Source: an uncultured Gammaproteobacteria bacterium (lineage in GTDB: Bacteria > Patescibacteriota > Microgenomatia > Levybacterales > GWA1-39-11). From it: a stretch of 64,000 bases of DNA. Each line of letters opens with the position of its first letter. The first letter of the stretch is position 1. Both the position numbers and the translations under genes were made by a program. Shown piece after piece: positions 10,970 through 23,329 of this stretch. The stretch is taken from the NCBI GenBank assembly GCA_964472415.1, contig CAYYLC010000001.1, forward strand, positions 131,269 to 195,268, given 5' to 3'. Under the pieces are notes generated by a model. That model was not told where the DNA came from and did no database searches. It was given only the letters and a program-made list of their open reading frames with translations.

Positions 10970-11164
10970 TTATTTTTTGTTTCGTGACAAATAAGCTTCA
11001 ATATCACTCTTGCGGTATCGTCTGTCACCAACACCTTTTCGAGTGCCAACACGAACGGCTTTCAGAATTTCGTTCTTATCCCAGCGCCATAAAGTTTGAA
11101 CATTTACATTCAAGATCCGTGCTGCCTCTTGGATAGATATCAGCTCTTCAAGCGCTGAATTCAT
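10970..11164 (-). CDS. Small helix-turn-helix DNA-binding protein (excisionase/MerR-like HTH_17 family), first gene upstream of hsdM
   Basis: MNSALEELISIQEAARILNVNVQTLWRWDKNEILKAVRVG..: classic excisionase-family HTH; ORF opens at 11200 but Met at 11164 fits. Confidence 0.65.
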   Translation of the reverse strand: MNSALEELISIQEAARILNVNVQTLWRWDKNEILKAVRVGTRKGVGDRRYRKSDIEAYLSRNKK

Positions 11165-11432
11165 ATTAGTTGAGCTTAATTTTACTAAATTGAGGATCAA
11201 AACACCAGATAAGATGAGTTTTCATCATTCATGATAAGTTAGGCTATTATTCTTTCCAAAATAAAGATTTTTTAATAACAAAAGACTCAAGTAATACTTA
11301 TTAGGTACAAATCAAAAAAGACAAGAGAAAGCAAAGAAGGAGATCGAGGACATTGTATTTGCGTTAGAACCGAAAGAATTGGCTGTTATATCAAGCAATT
11401 TAGTGTCTTACGAGCCTATCAGTTCTGCTTTG

Positions 11433-11503
11433 CTGCCGAGCAGGGATTCGAACCCCAATAAACGGATCCAGAATCCGTTGTCCTACCATTAGACGACTCG
11501 GCA
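11433..11503 (-). tRNA. tRNA-Gln (anticodon CUG)
   Basis: Reverse complement folds as a cloverleaf: acceptor UGCCGAG/CUCGGCA (U1-A72, discriminator G73, as in bacterial tRNA-Gln); D-arm GUCU..GGAC; anticodon stem ACGGA/UCCGU with loop UUCUGGA; T-loop UUCGAAU; CCA not encoded. Confidence 0.85.
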
Positions 11504-11624
11504 TCGATAGGGTGTAGTAAAGTGTATTTTACAAAATTAGCTTATACAATGCTACTTTGCTCTGAAATACAGTGGAGGATTTTCTGTATGTTCTCAATAA
11601 TCATTCGAGGGCATATAAAGAAAT

Positions 11625-13836
<2,212 letters not shown>

Positions 13837-14760
13837 TTATGACCAGAGCAAGATGCCTGACAATCGTTCAATTTGCTTTTTATTTCCGAGCATTTGCTTT
13901 GTCCTCCTTTCTTTATTGGTGAGAGATTTTTTTTCATTTTCTATATGACCTATGGCTTCTCCCATCGATCGAATCCGGGAGCCATATCGGGCAAGTTGCG
14001 CTTCGCTTACGGTTTGTTTGAAAAGTGATGCAAATACTTGTGTCTCAAAAAATTGGAGTATTTCTCCAATAGAAGGTTCAAAGAGAAATTTTCTCATAGT
14101 GTCTGAATCTGGATCTGTCTTCTTACCTTTGTCAGGTTTATTAATCTCTTTGTATAAAATATTTTGTGGATCATCTTCAGTTTTGTATCCTGAGACGTTT
14201 GAAACGATCGGTGTTTGTGTCACAATACTTTCAAATTTACCATAGTACACATCGATTTTTTGGTAATTAACCAGTGCTAACACTAATTCTTTGAGGTCTT
14301 CAATCTTAACATCGCTATCAGGGATTTCGAAATATTGGGCTTGTTTTTTAATCCCTGAATTTCCATAGAGTTCTTTTCCGACTTTTCCAACGATTATGAT
14401 ATCGTCATTGTTACTCTTTACTGCTTCAATAAAAAATTTGTATACCTTTGAAATAATATCTCCTTGGAGTTTTCCGTTTGAAGATAGGAGAACAGATACT
14501 GATTTTCCATTTTTAACAAACGAAGAAAGTTCTTCTGTATTTTTATTCTTTCGTTTCAGAAAATGAGCAATTTTATTTCCATATGATATTTTTACGTCAT
14601 AAAAAATCTCCGTTAGTTGTTCTAAGAAAGAGCGAGTTTGCAGAACCCCCTTTCTCTCTTTCTGCATCTTCATAACAGAAATTTCTTGCATTGCTTGAAC
14701 TACCATTCCCATAGTAGAGACTGTTTCGATTGTTTCTCTTAATTCTTTTAGGCTTTGCAT
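13837..14760 (-). CDS. atpG: F-type ATP synthase gamma subunit
   Basis: 307 aa; N-terminal MQSLKELRETIETVSTMGMVVQAMQEISVMKMQKERKG matches the gamma N-terminal helix; lies between alpha and beta. Confidence 0.85.
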   Translation of the reverse strand: MQSLKELRETIETVSTMGMVVQAMQEISVMKMQKERKGVLQTRSFLEQLTEIFYDVKISYGNKIAHFLKRKNKNTEELSSFVKNGKSVSVLLSSNGKLQGDIISKVYKFFIEAVKSNNDDIIIVGKVGKELYGNSGIKKQAQYFEIPDSDVKIEDLKELVLALVNYQKIDVYYGKFESIVTQTPIVSNVSGYKTEDDPQNILYKEINKPDKGKKTDPDSDTMRKFLFEPSIGEILQFFETQVFASLFKQTVSEAQLARYGSRIRSMGEAIGHIENEKKSLTNKERRTKQMLGNKKQIERLSGILLWS

Positions 14761-16220
14761 AATGAAAGGATTTTCTTTTTGTTTGAGTCTGTAAATTTCT
14801 CCAGTTCTTTAATTGTATGAATATTTTCAAAATTTTTTAAGAGGGAAGTTAATTTGCCTTCTTCATAAGCTTTAGTGAGGCATTCAATAATCGATTCAAT
14901 TTGATCATTGGTGTATTCATTAAAGGTTTTTTGCCAAATTAACACAAATAAAAGTGTTTGAACGGTCTCTGGAATTAATAATTTATATGATTGATTAAAG
15001 AGGCGGTAGAACTTATCTCCTGTTTTGAGAATATCTTTCACTTTGTCAGAAAGTTCTGCACCAAAATATGAATAGTTTTGCATTTTTTCATACTCTGCAA
15101 GAAATGCAGTAAGGCGCTGGGTGACTTCTCTTCTGAGCGATGATTGGGCCTGTTTTCCGACACGAGTCACAGAGAGTGAAGAGTTGATTGCTGGGCGACG
15201 TCCATTATGGAATGCACTACTATCAAAAAGAATATGCCCATCAGTCATTCCCATGACATTCGTTGCGATATATGAGGCCAAATCTCCTTCAACAATTTCG
15301 ACAATTGGAAGACATGAGATCGCAACAGGTTCTTTTTCAGGTTGTATAAAGTTCCCTGTACGTTCTAGGAGCCTTGCATGAGCATAGAAAATATCTCCGG
15401 GATAGGAATCTCGTCCTGGGAAGCGCTTTGCTACTAGAGATAATTCTCGATAGAATTTTGCATGGGTAGAAAGATCATCAAGCACAACCAATACATCTTG
15501 CCCGAGGTCCCTAAAATACTCAGCAATTGTCATAGCAGAGTATGGGGTAAGATAGATAAGACTTGGTGAATCTTGGGAGTTGGATGTGACAATGATGACC
15601 TTATCCATAATTTTTTCTTCAATAAAGTAGTTGTATAGCCTTTTAATTTCGTGAGTTTTCCTCGCAATTCCAGCGTAGATAACAATAGTGTTGTTGTGCT
15701 TAATTTGGTTCACGATTGTGCTGAGGGCAAATGACGTTTTACCTGTTTTACGATCTCCGATTACCAGCTCTTTTTGTCCCATTCCGAGCGGGATGAGGAT
15801 GTCTACGAGGTTTACTCCAGTAAGAAGAGGCTTGTTTATTGTTGCTCGTACATCAATTTTTCCTGCCTCCACATAAATCTCTCTCCGCTCTTTCGGAGGA
15901 GTAAAGTTTTTAATAATCGGATATACCTCTCCGAGAGGATCGATAATTGTGCCGAGAAGATTTTTCCCGACAGGTACAGAGATCATCGTATCAGTTCTTA
16001 CTATTCGTTCTCCCACTGCTACCGGCTCTTTAGAAAATGTAAGAATTTCAATTTCCTCTCTGTTTGCTGAGAACACTTCACCGAGCTTCCCCGATTCGAA
16101 AAGAATTAGCTCGTGGAGTTTCGCCTTTGGGATTCCTGTAGCTTTAACAATGGATGCTTTAAGTTCTTTTACGATACCATACTCACCAGTTTTTTCTAAG
16201 AAATGTGCAAAATTTTTCAT
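14748..16220 (-). CDS. atpA: F-type ATP synthase alpha subunit
   Basis: 490 aa; Walker A GDRKTGKTSFALSTIVNQ; conserved alpha core. Confidence 0.93.
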   Translation of the reverse strand: MKNFAHFLEKTGEYGIVKELKASIVKATGIPKAKLHELILFESGKLGEVFSANREEIEILTFSKEPVAVGERIVRTDTMISVPVGKNLLGTIIDPLGEVYPIIKNFTPPKERREIYVEAGKIDVRATINKPLLTGVNLVDILIPLGMGQKELVIGDRKTGKTSFALSTIVNQIKHNNTIVIYAGIARKTHEIKRLYNYFIEEKIMDKVIIVTSNSQDSPSLIYLTPYSAMTIAEYFRDLGQDVLVVLDDLSTHAKFYRELSLVAKRFPGRDSYPGDIFYAHARLLERTGNFIQPEKEPVAISCLPIVEIVEGDLASYIATNVMGMTDGHILFDSSAFHNGRRPAINSSLSVTRVGKQAQSSLRREVTQRLTAFLAEYEKMQNYSYFGAELSDKVKDILKTGDKFYRLFNQSYKLLIPETVQTLLFVLIWQKTFNEYTNDQIESIIECLTKAYEEGKLTSLLKNFENIHTIKELEKFTDSNKKKILSLCKA

Positions 16221-16684
16221 AAACTTAGGGGTAGTTCAGCGAGCTGTTTTCTTAAGGATTTATCCTTGAATGTCCCTTTTATCCCAATCTGAATTCCTCC
16301 TATTATTTTAGGGTTAACGTGTATATTCAGGAGATATTTCTCCTTTGAATTAGCGGTAATCCAACTACCAATCTTTTTAATCTGTTGATGGGTAGGGTCT
16401 ATTGCGATAGTAAGATCGATTACGGGAATTTGAGAAATTTCTTCTCGAATATTTGTAAGATAGGTCCTCAACTTTTCATGATTATTGAGAGATATTTTTT
16501 CGTTTTTGATCGCATCGAGGAGGGCTTCAGTGAATTCATATGAGAATATTTTTTGAATTCTTTGCATATTTTTCTCATTTTTATAAAGACTTGCTATAAA
16601 CTCTTCTATTTGAGTATTAAGTTTGTCAGCTTGTTTTTTTGTGTAAAGTATTTCTAAGATAGGCAGATATTTATTTTCATTCAT
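16217..16684 (-). CDS. atpH: F-type ATP synthase delta (OSCP) subunit
   Basis: C-terminal IIGGIQIGIKGTFKDKSLRKQLAELPL matches the delta C-terminal signature; ORF opens at 16729 but Met at 16684 avoids overlap with atpF. Confidence 0.7.
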   Translation of the reverse strand: MNENKYLPILEILYTKKQADKLNTQIEEFIASLYKNEKNMQRIQKIFSYEFTEALLDAIKNEKISLNNHEKLRTYLTNIREEISQIPVIDLTIAIDPTHQQIKKIGSWITANSKEKYLLNIHVNPKIIGGIQIGIKGTFKDKSLRKQLAELPLSL

Positions 16685-17363
16685 GGTCAGAAAAAAGTCC
16701 CTCAGCTTTTGCTTCTTCCAGCGAGGCAAGGATCAATTTTTCGTGTTCATCTACTGGAATGCTTTTCCCAAGCAGATCAGTTGCAATTTTTTTAATTAAG
16801 TTCTTGATTGACTCATCAGCTTTTTTCATTTCTTTTAACTTGTAGTCTTTAATTTCTTTTTGGGCTTTTTCAAACTCCAGGTCAACTTTATATTTTAGAT
16901 AATTTTCCAGGGAAATAGTTTGTCTATCAAGAACTTTTTGAAGTTTTGAAATTCCTAATTTACCAGTGGATTCCATTTTGCTAATGGTTTTTTCTGCTTG
17001 TTTTTCGTATTTCTTTTCAAGATTTTCGAACTCTGCATCAAATGTTTCTGAAATTTCATTTAATTGTAATGTGAGAATATTGGCGTGTTTTTGAGAGGTT
17101 TCTTTAAGAATATCTTGTAGTTTCTTTTCGTTCAGTTCTTTAACTGATTTCGTTTCTTTAATAATCTTAGTGGCTTTTTCTAATGATTCTCGCAAAAGCT
17201 TTTCAGAATTTTGATGAACGAGCTCCATAGTCTTTGCGGAGTGTCGGTGGAGTCTATCCTCGATTCTTTTAATCTTTTTTTCCTTTTTTCTCAATTTTTG
17301 CCAAAAGGCAAAAAGTGCTATTGCACAGATAATACTTATAATAATAGGCAGAATAATAACCAT
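16677..17363 (-). CDS. atpF: F-type ATP synthase subunit b
   Basis: 228 aa; single N-terminal TM helix (MVIILPIIISIICAIALFAFW) then a long charged coiled coil; position between the c-like gene and delta. Confidence 0.7.
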   Translation of the reverse strand: MVIILPIIISIICAIALFAFWQKLRKKEKKIKRIEDRLHRHSAKTMELVHQNSEKLLRESLEKATKIIKETKSVKELNEKKLQDILKETSQKHANILTLQLNEISETFDAEFENLEKKYEKQAEKTISKMESTGKLGISKLQKVLDRQTISLENYLKYKVDLEFEKAQKEIKDYKLKEMKKADESIKNLIKKIATDLLGKSIPVDEHEKLILASLEEAKAEGLFSDHE

Positions 17364-17364
17364 T

Positions 17365-18159
<795 letters not shown>

Positions 18160-18163
18160 TTAA

Positions 18164-21100
18164 TTAGTTTATAATCCACCAGTTGAAGAATATTTCTTCT
18201 TCTCCTGCTTTTTCTACTTCAACTTTGAAGTATTCTTGATCCTTTTGCTCTGTAACTGCCAGTACTCCTTCATAGAGAGTTTTAGGAGTGATAAATATAT
18301 TTGATTTTTCTGTGACTGCTTTTGTGTTTATTATTGCAGCAGATTCTCCTTCTGGAATTTTCCCAACTCCTAATGAGGCATTTTCTTCATCTGTCGTTTC
18401 AATTTCGATCTTTTGTGCCTTAAGGGTGCCTTTTGTAACAATATCCCCATTTTCATTCAGGGTAATAGCTCCTTTAAAAAATTCTACGTTCTCTTGGCTT
18501 TCAGATTGTAGTTGAAGCGGTTTGTCGATTGTGTTTATGCTGTTTTCTGCAGCATTTATAATGATGGAGCCGATTTGGAGCGATTCAGTAAGCGTAATAG
18601 TGTCAAGCTGTAATCCTTTAATTTTTGTAAATATTTGAGAGCTGTCAGATGCTATTTCAAATTCTGAATCCAGGATTTGATTCAAAATCTCGTTTTGATC
18701 CTCTAATTTGTTGAGTTTTTCCTCGATGAGAGTAACGCGCGACTCAATGCCTGTAGTGCTATTTATGGTTTTTGTTTCGAGATCTTCAAATGCATTTCCA
18801 AGCTTTGTTAATGGCAGGATAGGAGTGTTATTTCCTGCAAGATGCGTGTTGTTGTTTGGTATAAGATTGCCTGCTTGATCTATTTTTAGGGTAGAGTACC
18901 ATCCGGCATTTGCAAAAATCGTAATTGTACCAATTTCAGATTCTGAGTATCCTTCAAGTGCTCGTCCAACTATATATGTTGAGGAAGTTGCTTTTACTGC
19001 AACTCCAGGTGTTTCTCCGATCGTCAAAGGGTCGCCAGTTTTAATTTCTCCATTTGCGGTGCTTACTTTTGTTGGGACTCGTCCACTCAGGGCAACCGGA
19101 TAAATATATTTATGGATAGAGTCTGTTTCTGCTTCTGAGTTTAGCGTCACGCCAGGTTTTGTAGATATAACTCCAAGTAGTGTGCTTGATCCATCCCTTG
19201 CTTTTACTATTGCCTGTGAATTTCCATTATCTGCCATACTTACAACATCTCCTGGTTGGAGGGCTTGTGATGATACATAGTTTTCTGCAAGGTCAGCTCC
19301 TGTGACTACAGTATTTTCAGTATAGATAGTCCCCGTAGCATTTAAGGCGCAGATACCAGTTTCGGTGACACATAAGCTTCCGGCAATACTTAGCGTATTA
19401 TTGGCAGATGTAGGAGTCGAGAGGTTAATTCCAACCATTTTTTCTGAAAAATCACCCCAAATCAGTGGGCTTCCGGCAGTATTCGCGATATATAATTGGT
19501 CTGAGAACGTGGCTGAACTTGATGCTCCGGCATTGGGTCCTATAAAGATGTTCCCTGATCCTCCTGCCAAATGATACCCGGCGTTATACCCTACTGCGAC
19601 ATTAGAGTCACCGTCTACGTTTGATGCGAGCGCATTTGCTCCAAAAGCACTATTGCTCGCGGCAGTTGAACCGCTGAGCAGAGCATTCGCTCCGAATCCG
19701 GCATTATTGATTCCGGATTCGTTCAAACTTCCTACAGAATATCCGACAAATGTATTAAACAATCCGCTTCCTCCTGCTCTCATCTCGAAGGGAGATGCAC
19801 CACCATCACTGCTCTCCAACACGAAACCTGCATTTGATGGTGTAGGTGGTGGCGGAGGGGGTGGTTCAGGGGTAATCGATGTTGAAGTAACTCGGACATT
19901 TGTTATCTCAACCTTGAATTGTCCTCCTGCTAGAGATGAGATACCCAGACTTAGGCTTGCAGCTCCTGAAGGGGTTATCGGCATAGGATTCCCGAAAAAA
20001 TTAAGCGTACCATACGTACCAGGAGTATCGACACGGTCATCTAGACTAATGATTCTCGACGCATTTGGACCAAGTTGAATATTGATGCTACCTCTGTACT
20101 CAAGAGAAACCACTTCAAAGGTTACCGTATATGCGATACCTCCCTGTATGTAGTTTCCCATATATTGATTATCGAGCGTTGCTACTGCGCTAGTTCCGGT
20201 TGAAAAATGTAACCCATCAGCGATAGAGAGTCCTGATCCCAAATCCCAATTCCCTGTATTAGATGAAAAGTCGCTATCTGCAGGATTTGAAATTAAATTG
20301 TCATCAGGAGGGCCACCACCCCCCGGATCACTTGATGTAGGATAGCTTGAGCTTTCCTTTACTGTTAATATACCCTTTAATGAGCTCGTATTTATGCCAA
20401 CACCACCTCCAGAAACTTGCATCATATTATATCCACCTGCTTTAACAAGTAGGCTTGATGCTGCCTCAAAAGAAATGTCCTCATTATTAAGTGAAATGAA
20501 TTTCCCACTTGTTATGATTTGTCCACTTCCAGGACTGAGTACAATGTCTTCATCCGCGTCCAAGACTATATTTTCCCCTGAATCAAGAGTGATGCTATCA
20601 TCATTGACTGTCCGGATAGTTCCGCTTGAAGTGAGGGATAGCGTTCGTGTCGGAGATTGTCTTAGCCAGATTGTCGGATCACCTGAATTGATATTGGTAA
20701 TCGTAAACTTAGCATTGTTCACGGTTGATCCGCCTATTGCAAGGTTTTGCGTGGTATCTTTTGCGAATAAGAGAGTGCTTTGCGAATCCCATAAGCTGGC
20801 AGAGGGGTCGACCGGACACGAACCACTGCCTGTAACAATCCCTCCGCTCGTTGTGACGCAAGAATACCCTTCAACTGAAACTCCTGATAGTCCTTGATTT
20901 TGATAGACACCGCTTGCGAGATTCAAGTTTCCAGCACCGGTTAGCACCATTCTGCTCTGCCCAGAAGCTGACGCAGTAAGGATGTTTTTTAATGAATCAG
21001 TTTGATTTATAGATAATGCTGATGACCCTGTATCTCCGGAGATAGAAATGAACCCTGAAGGTGATGTTGTTCCGATACCGATAGCACTTCCTGAGTCATA

Positions 21101-23053
21101 GATAAGTGAGTTATTGAGAGATTGTCCGTTTGAACCAAATATTGGGAGGTAGTTATCTGTTCCATTGCTGATAACACCACCATCTTCACCGATACAATTA
21201 CCGCTTGAGTCACAAATGATCCTGTTTCCCCAATAGAGGCTTGAGCCGGGACCTGTGGTTGAAGCTGTTGTGTTTAGGATGTCTCCGGAACCTTCTCCTT
21301 CGCCGATTCGAATTGCACCGTGCACATCTAATACTACATCAGCAAGTGGTGATGATGTGCCGACTCCAACACTTGTTCCGTTATCGTAAATAAGCGAAGG
21401 GGTTAATATGCCAGGAGTATCATATTTCGGGATAAAATTTGCCGTTCCAAGACCGATTAATCCTCCTCCCGCAGTAGCGCAGTTTCCGGTTGTGAGACAG
21501 ATTGTGCCGGAGGCATCGGGAAATTGGTAACTTCTATTACCATTAAGCTCTTCCAGAGTAAGGTATGCCACGTTCTCAGAACCGGAACTAAATGTGAGCA
21601 TATTCTCAGAGGATGCAAGCTTGAGGCTTTCAAATGTGGGAGATGCGACAGTGTCAAGTATTTGTGGGAGTGTTAGGAGAATGTCACCAGTGAGCCCAGT
21701 TGGTGAGTATGAGCCATTCACGAGAATATGTCTCACGCCACCAGCAATTTTTGTTACACCGGTATTAGTTATCGTGAGTGAGTAAGGAGCTCGCGTAATA
21801 GAGAGCCCATTGCCAGTAGATAGACTTCTCGGTTCGTATTCTCCTGTTAAGCCACTCCCAATAAGAATTTGACCATCTGTTGGGATTTTGTCTGTACCTG
21901 TGCCCCCATATGAAGAAGATAGGATTCCTGATACGTGATTGCTGCTTGAGAGGTCGATTGGTCCACTAGTTAGTTTGTATCCCAGTGCTTGGACAATTCC
22001 ATTGCCTAATGAGGTAAGTTCGATTTCTCCTGATGCGCTAAAATCCGTTACTCCTTTTAAGGAGCCGTTGGCAGTTAAGTCAGCCCCATCAATTAATAGT
22101 GATTGAGTTCCTTTTGAAGTTAATATTACGCTCCCGGTACTTGTGCCGCCTACATAGAGATCTGTATCATTGAGAGCCTCGATTCTTCCGTTTGAATTTA
22201 GTGAAAGTGATTGTAGCGAATCTGTTGGATTTTCTAGAAGTATCTGTGAGAATTTTACGATTGCACCAGTGTCTATATTTTGTGGTAAGGAGAGTGAATA
22301 CACACTCCCAACTCTTTCTGCATATATTTGTTTATCAGTACCAACAATATGACTAATCATTCCGGTTCCAACATTACTGGAGATTGTAATGCTTTTTGTT
22401 ATTGGGTTTGATGATAGTGAAATTCCAGTTCCTGGTATAAAGGTAAGTGAATCATTATTGGAGCTTGCTGTGATGATTGGTCCGTCGGGAACGAGGATAT
22501 TTTTAAAAATACTCTGATCACCGAGTAGTTCATTTATTTCTTCAAGATTGACTATTGGGATAGTAAGATCTCCGGTTTCTCCATTTACAGAGAGTACTCC
22601 AGTATTGCTAATTTCAAGCGTATCATCACCTTCTATGGTAATACCAGGCCCGCCGATCAAAACACTCGTGAGTAATTCTGTATCAATCTGGAGGCCTTCA
22701 CTAATAAGGCCAAGATCTACGAGTTCCCCTCTATAATAAAGATCACCATTTAGGTTTGTATTTTGTTCAATAGTAACATCTGACTCAAATAATGTGGCAG
22801 CAGTGAAGTTGGTAGGTATGCTAAACGTTACACCTCCTGCAGTCTCTGAATCAGTTACTGCAAGAACCTCGCCTAAATTGCCAGGAGTTCTCGGTGGAGG
22901 ATTTTCTTCTGAATTGTTACCAGAAGTCCATTCAATGGCGAAGATGATTGTGACAGAGCTAAAAAGAAGGGCAATCCCAAGAAGGGCAATTTTAGAATAA
23001 AGCTTTATAAAGGAAAATGTTTTCATTTTCCTTGAATAATAATCTGGATCCAT
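18164..23053 (-). CDS. Giant (1629 aa) cell-surface or secreted protein: N-terminal signal anchor, long Gly/Thr/Ser/Asn-rich beta-repeat regions, polyproline linker, tail-fibre-like Gly/Ala/Asn repeats, C-terminal coiled coil
   Basis: N-terminus KMKTFSFIKLYSKIALLGIALLFSSVTIIFA; PEPPPPPPPTPS linker; NAGFGANALLSGSTAASNSAFGANALASNVDGDSNVAVGYNAGYHLAGGSGNIFIGPNAG; ends 8 nt upstream of the c-like gene on the same strand. Confidence 0.7.
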   Translation of the reverse strand: MDPDYYSRKMKTFSFIKLYSKIALLGIALLFSSVTIIFAIEWTSGNNSEENPPPRTPGNLGEVLAVTDSETAGGVTFSIPTNFTAATLFESDVTIEQNTNLNGDLYYRGELVDLGLISEGLQIDTELLTSVLIGGPGITIEGDDTLEISNTGVLSVNGETGDLTIPIVNLEEINELLGDQSIFKNILVPDGPIITASSNNDSLTFIPGTGISLSSNPITKSITISSNVGTGMISHIVGTDKQIYAERVGSVYSLSLPQNIDTGAIVKFSQILLENPTDSLQSLSLNSNGRIEALNDTDLYVGGTSTGSVILTSKGTQSLLIDGADLTANGSLKGVTDFSASGEIELTSLGNGIVQALGYKLTSGPIDLSSSNHVSGILSSSYGGTGTDKIPTDGQILIGSGLTGEYEPRSLSTGNGLSITRAPYSLTITNTGVTKIAGGVRHILVNGSYSPTGLTGDILLTLPQILDTVASPTFESLKLASSENMLTFSSGSENVAYLTLEELNGNRSYQFPDASGTICLTTGNCATAGGGLIGLGTANFIPKYDTPGILTPSLIYDNGTSVGVGTSSPLADVVLDVHGAIRIGEGEGSGDILNTTASTTGPGSSLYWGNRIICDSSGNCIGEDGGVISNGTDNYLPIFGSNGQSLNNSLIYDSGSAIGIGTTSPSGFISISGDTGSSALSINQTDSLKNILTASASGQSRMVLTGAGNLNLASGVYQNQGLSGVSVEGYSCVTTSGGIVTGSGSCPVDPSASLWDSQSTLLFAKDTTQNLAIGGSTVNNAKFTITNINSGDPTIWLRQSPTRTLSLTSSGTIRTVNDDSITLDSGENIVLDADEDIVLSPGSGQIITSGKFISLNNEDISFEAASSLLVKAGGYNMMQVSGGGVGINTSSLKGILTVKESSSYPTSSDPGGGGPPDDNLISNPADSDFSSNTGNWDLGSGLSIADGLHFSTGTSAVATLDNQYMGNYIQGGIAYTVTFEVVSLEYRGSINIQLGPNASRIISLDDRVDTPGTYGTLNFFGNPMPITPSGAASLSLGISSLAGGQFKVEITNVRVTSTSITPEPPPPPPPTPSNAGFVLESSDGGASPFEMRAGGSGLFNTFVGYSVGSLNESGINNAGFGANALLSGSTAASNSAFGANALASNVDGDSNVAVGYNAGYHLAGGSGNIFIGPNAGASSSATFSDQLYIANTAGSPLIWGDFSEKMVGINLSTPTSANNTLSIAGSLCVTETGICALNATGTIYTENTVVTGADLAENYVSSQALQPGDVVSMADNGNSQAIVKARDGSSTLLGVISTKPGVTLNSEAETDSIHKYIYPVALSGRVPTKVSTANGEIKTGDPLTIGETPGVAVKATSSTYIVGRALEGYSESEIGTITIFANAGWYSTLKIDQAGNLIPNNNTHLAGNNTPILPLTKLGNAFEDLETKTINSTTGIESRVTLIEEKLNKLEDQNEILNQILDSEFEIASDSSQIFTKIKGLQLDTITLTESLQIGSIIINAAENSINTIDKPLQLQSESQENVEFFKGAITLNENGDIVTKGTLKAQKIEIETTDEENASLGVGKIPEGESAAIINTKAVTEKSNIFITPKTLYEGVLAVTEQKDQEYFKVEVEKAGEEEIFFNWWIIN

Positions 23054-23249
23054 TTTTTTATAACTAGACCCTTTTTGTAACTAGAATAAAGGGCAATCCT
23101 ATCATACAGAATTGTCTTTTGGATATGCAACAGTGATGGATATCCTGATATTTTTATAGTTCTTTGTTGCAGGTGATATGAAAAAATGCCTCTGAGCAAT
23201 TCATAGAGACTGTATGAACAATTTCGCCTCAAATCTCGTAAAATAGATA

Positions 23250-23278
23250 TTGACATATAGGGGTGTTTTCTATACACT
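23250..23278 (+). promoter_or_regulatory. Candidate sigma-70-type promoter P1 upstream of lon (TTGACA-N17-TACACT)
   Basis: TTGACA 23250-23255, 17-nt spacer, TACACT 23273-23278. Confidence 0.5.
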
Positions 23279-23295
23279 GGGCGCACGAGAAATGC

Positions 23296-23324
23296 TTGAC
23301 AGTTAGCAAAGCATTTGTTACACT
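23296..23324 (+). promoter_or_regulatory. Candidate promoter P2 immediately upstream of lon (TTGACA-N17-TACACT); -10 box ends 8 nt before the ATG (leaderless-like)
   Basis: TTGACA 23296-23301, spacer 23302-23318, TACACT 23319-23324, lon ATG at 23333. Confidence 0.5.
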
Positions 23325-23329
23325 GCTAA
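23303..23329 (+). promoter_or_regulatory. CIRCE-like inverted repeat (TTAGCAaag-N9-cacTGCTAA) overlapping lon promoter P2; possible HrcA-type operator
   Basis: 27-nt element with the 9-9-9 architecture of CIRCE (TTAGCACTC-N9-GAGTGCTAA); the outer 6 nt of each arm match the consensus. Confidence 0.4.

Noticed and set aside
11433-11503. Possibility that the tRNA-Gln call is a tRNA fragment or att remnant rather than an intact gene
   Set aside because: A full cloverleaf with a 7-bp acceptor, D, anticodon and T arms, and the bacterial Gln identity elements U1-A72 and G73 can be drawn. It is treated as intact. The T-stem has two G-U pairs, which is tolerated.
14597-14830. 77-aa minus-strand ORF across the atpA/atpG junction
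   Set aside because: This is an alternative frame over the end of the alpha subunit and the start of gamma. Both real frames are motif-supported.
19365-22352. Several 60-167-aa plus-strand ORFs (e.g. 19653-20078, 20394-20897, 21594-21785) inside the giant gene
   Set aside because: They are antisense to the 1629-aa frame. Pro/Ser/Gly-rich products mirror the repeat composition of the real gene.
23023-23286. 87-aa minus-strand ORF spanning the giant-gene start and the lon promoter region
   Set aside because: It overlaps the promoter and operator elements and the start of the giant gene. It has no conservation cues and is likely spurious.
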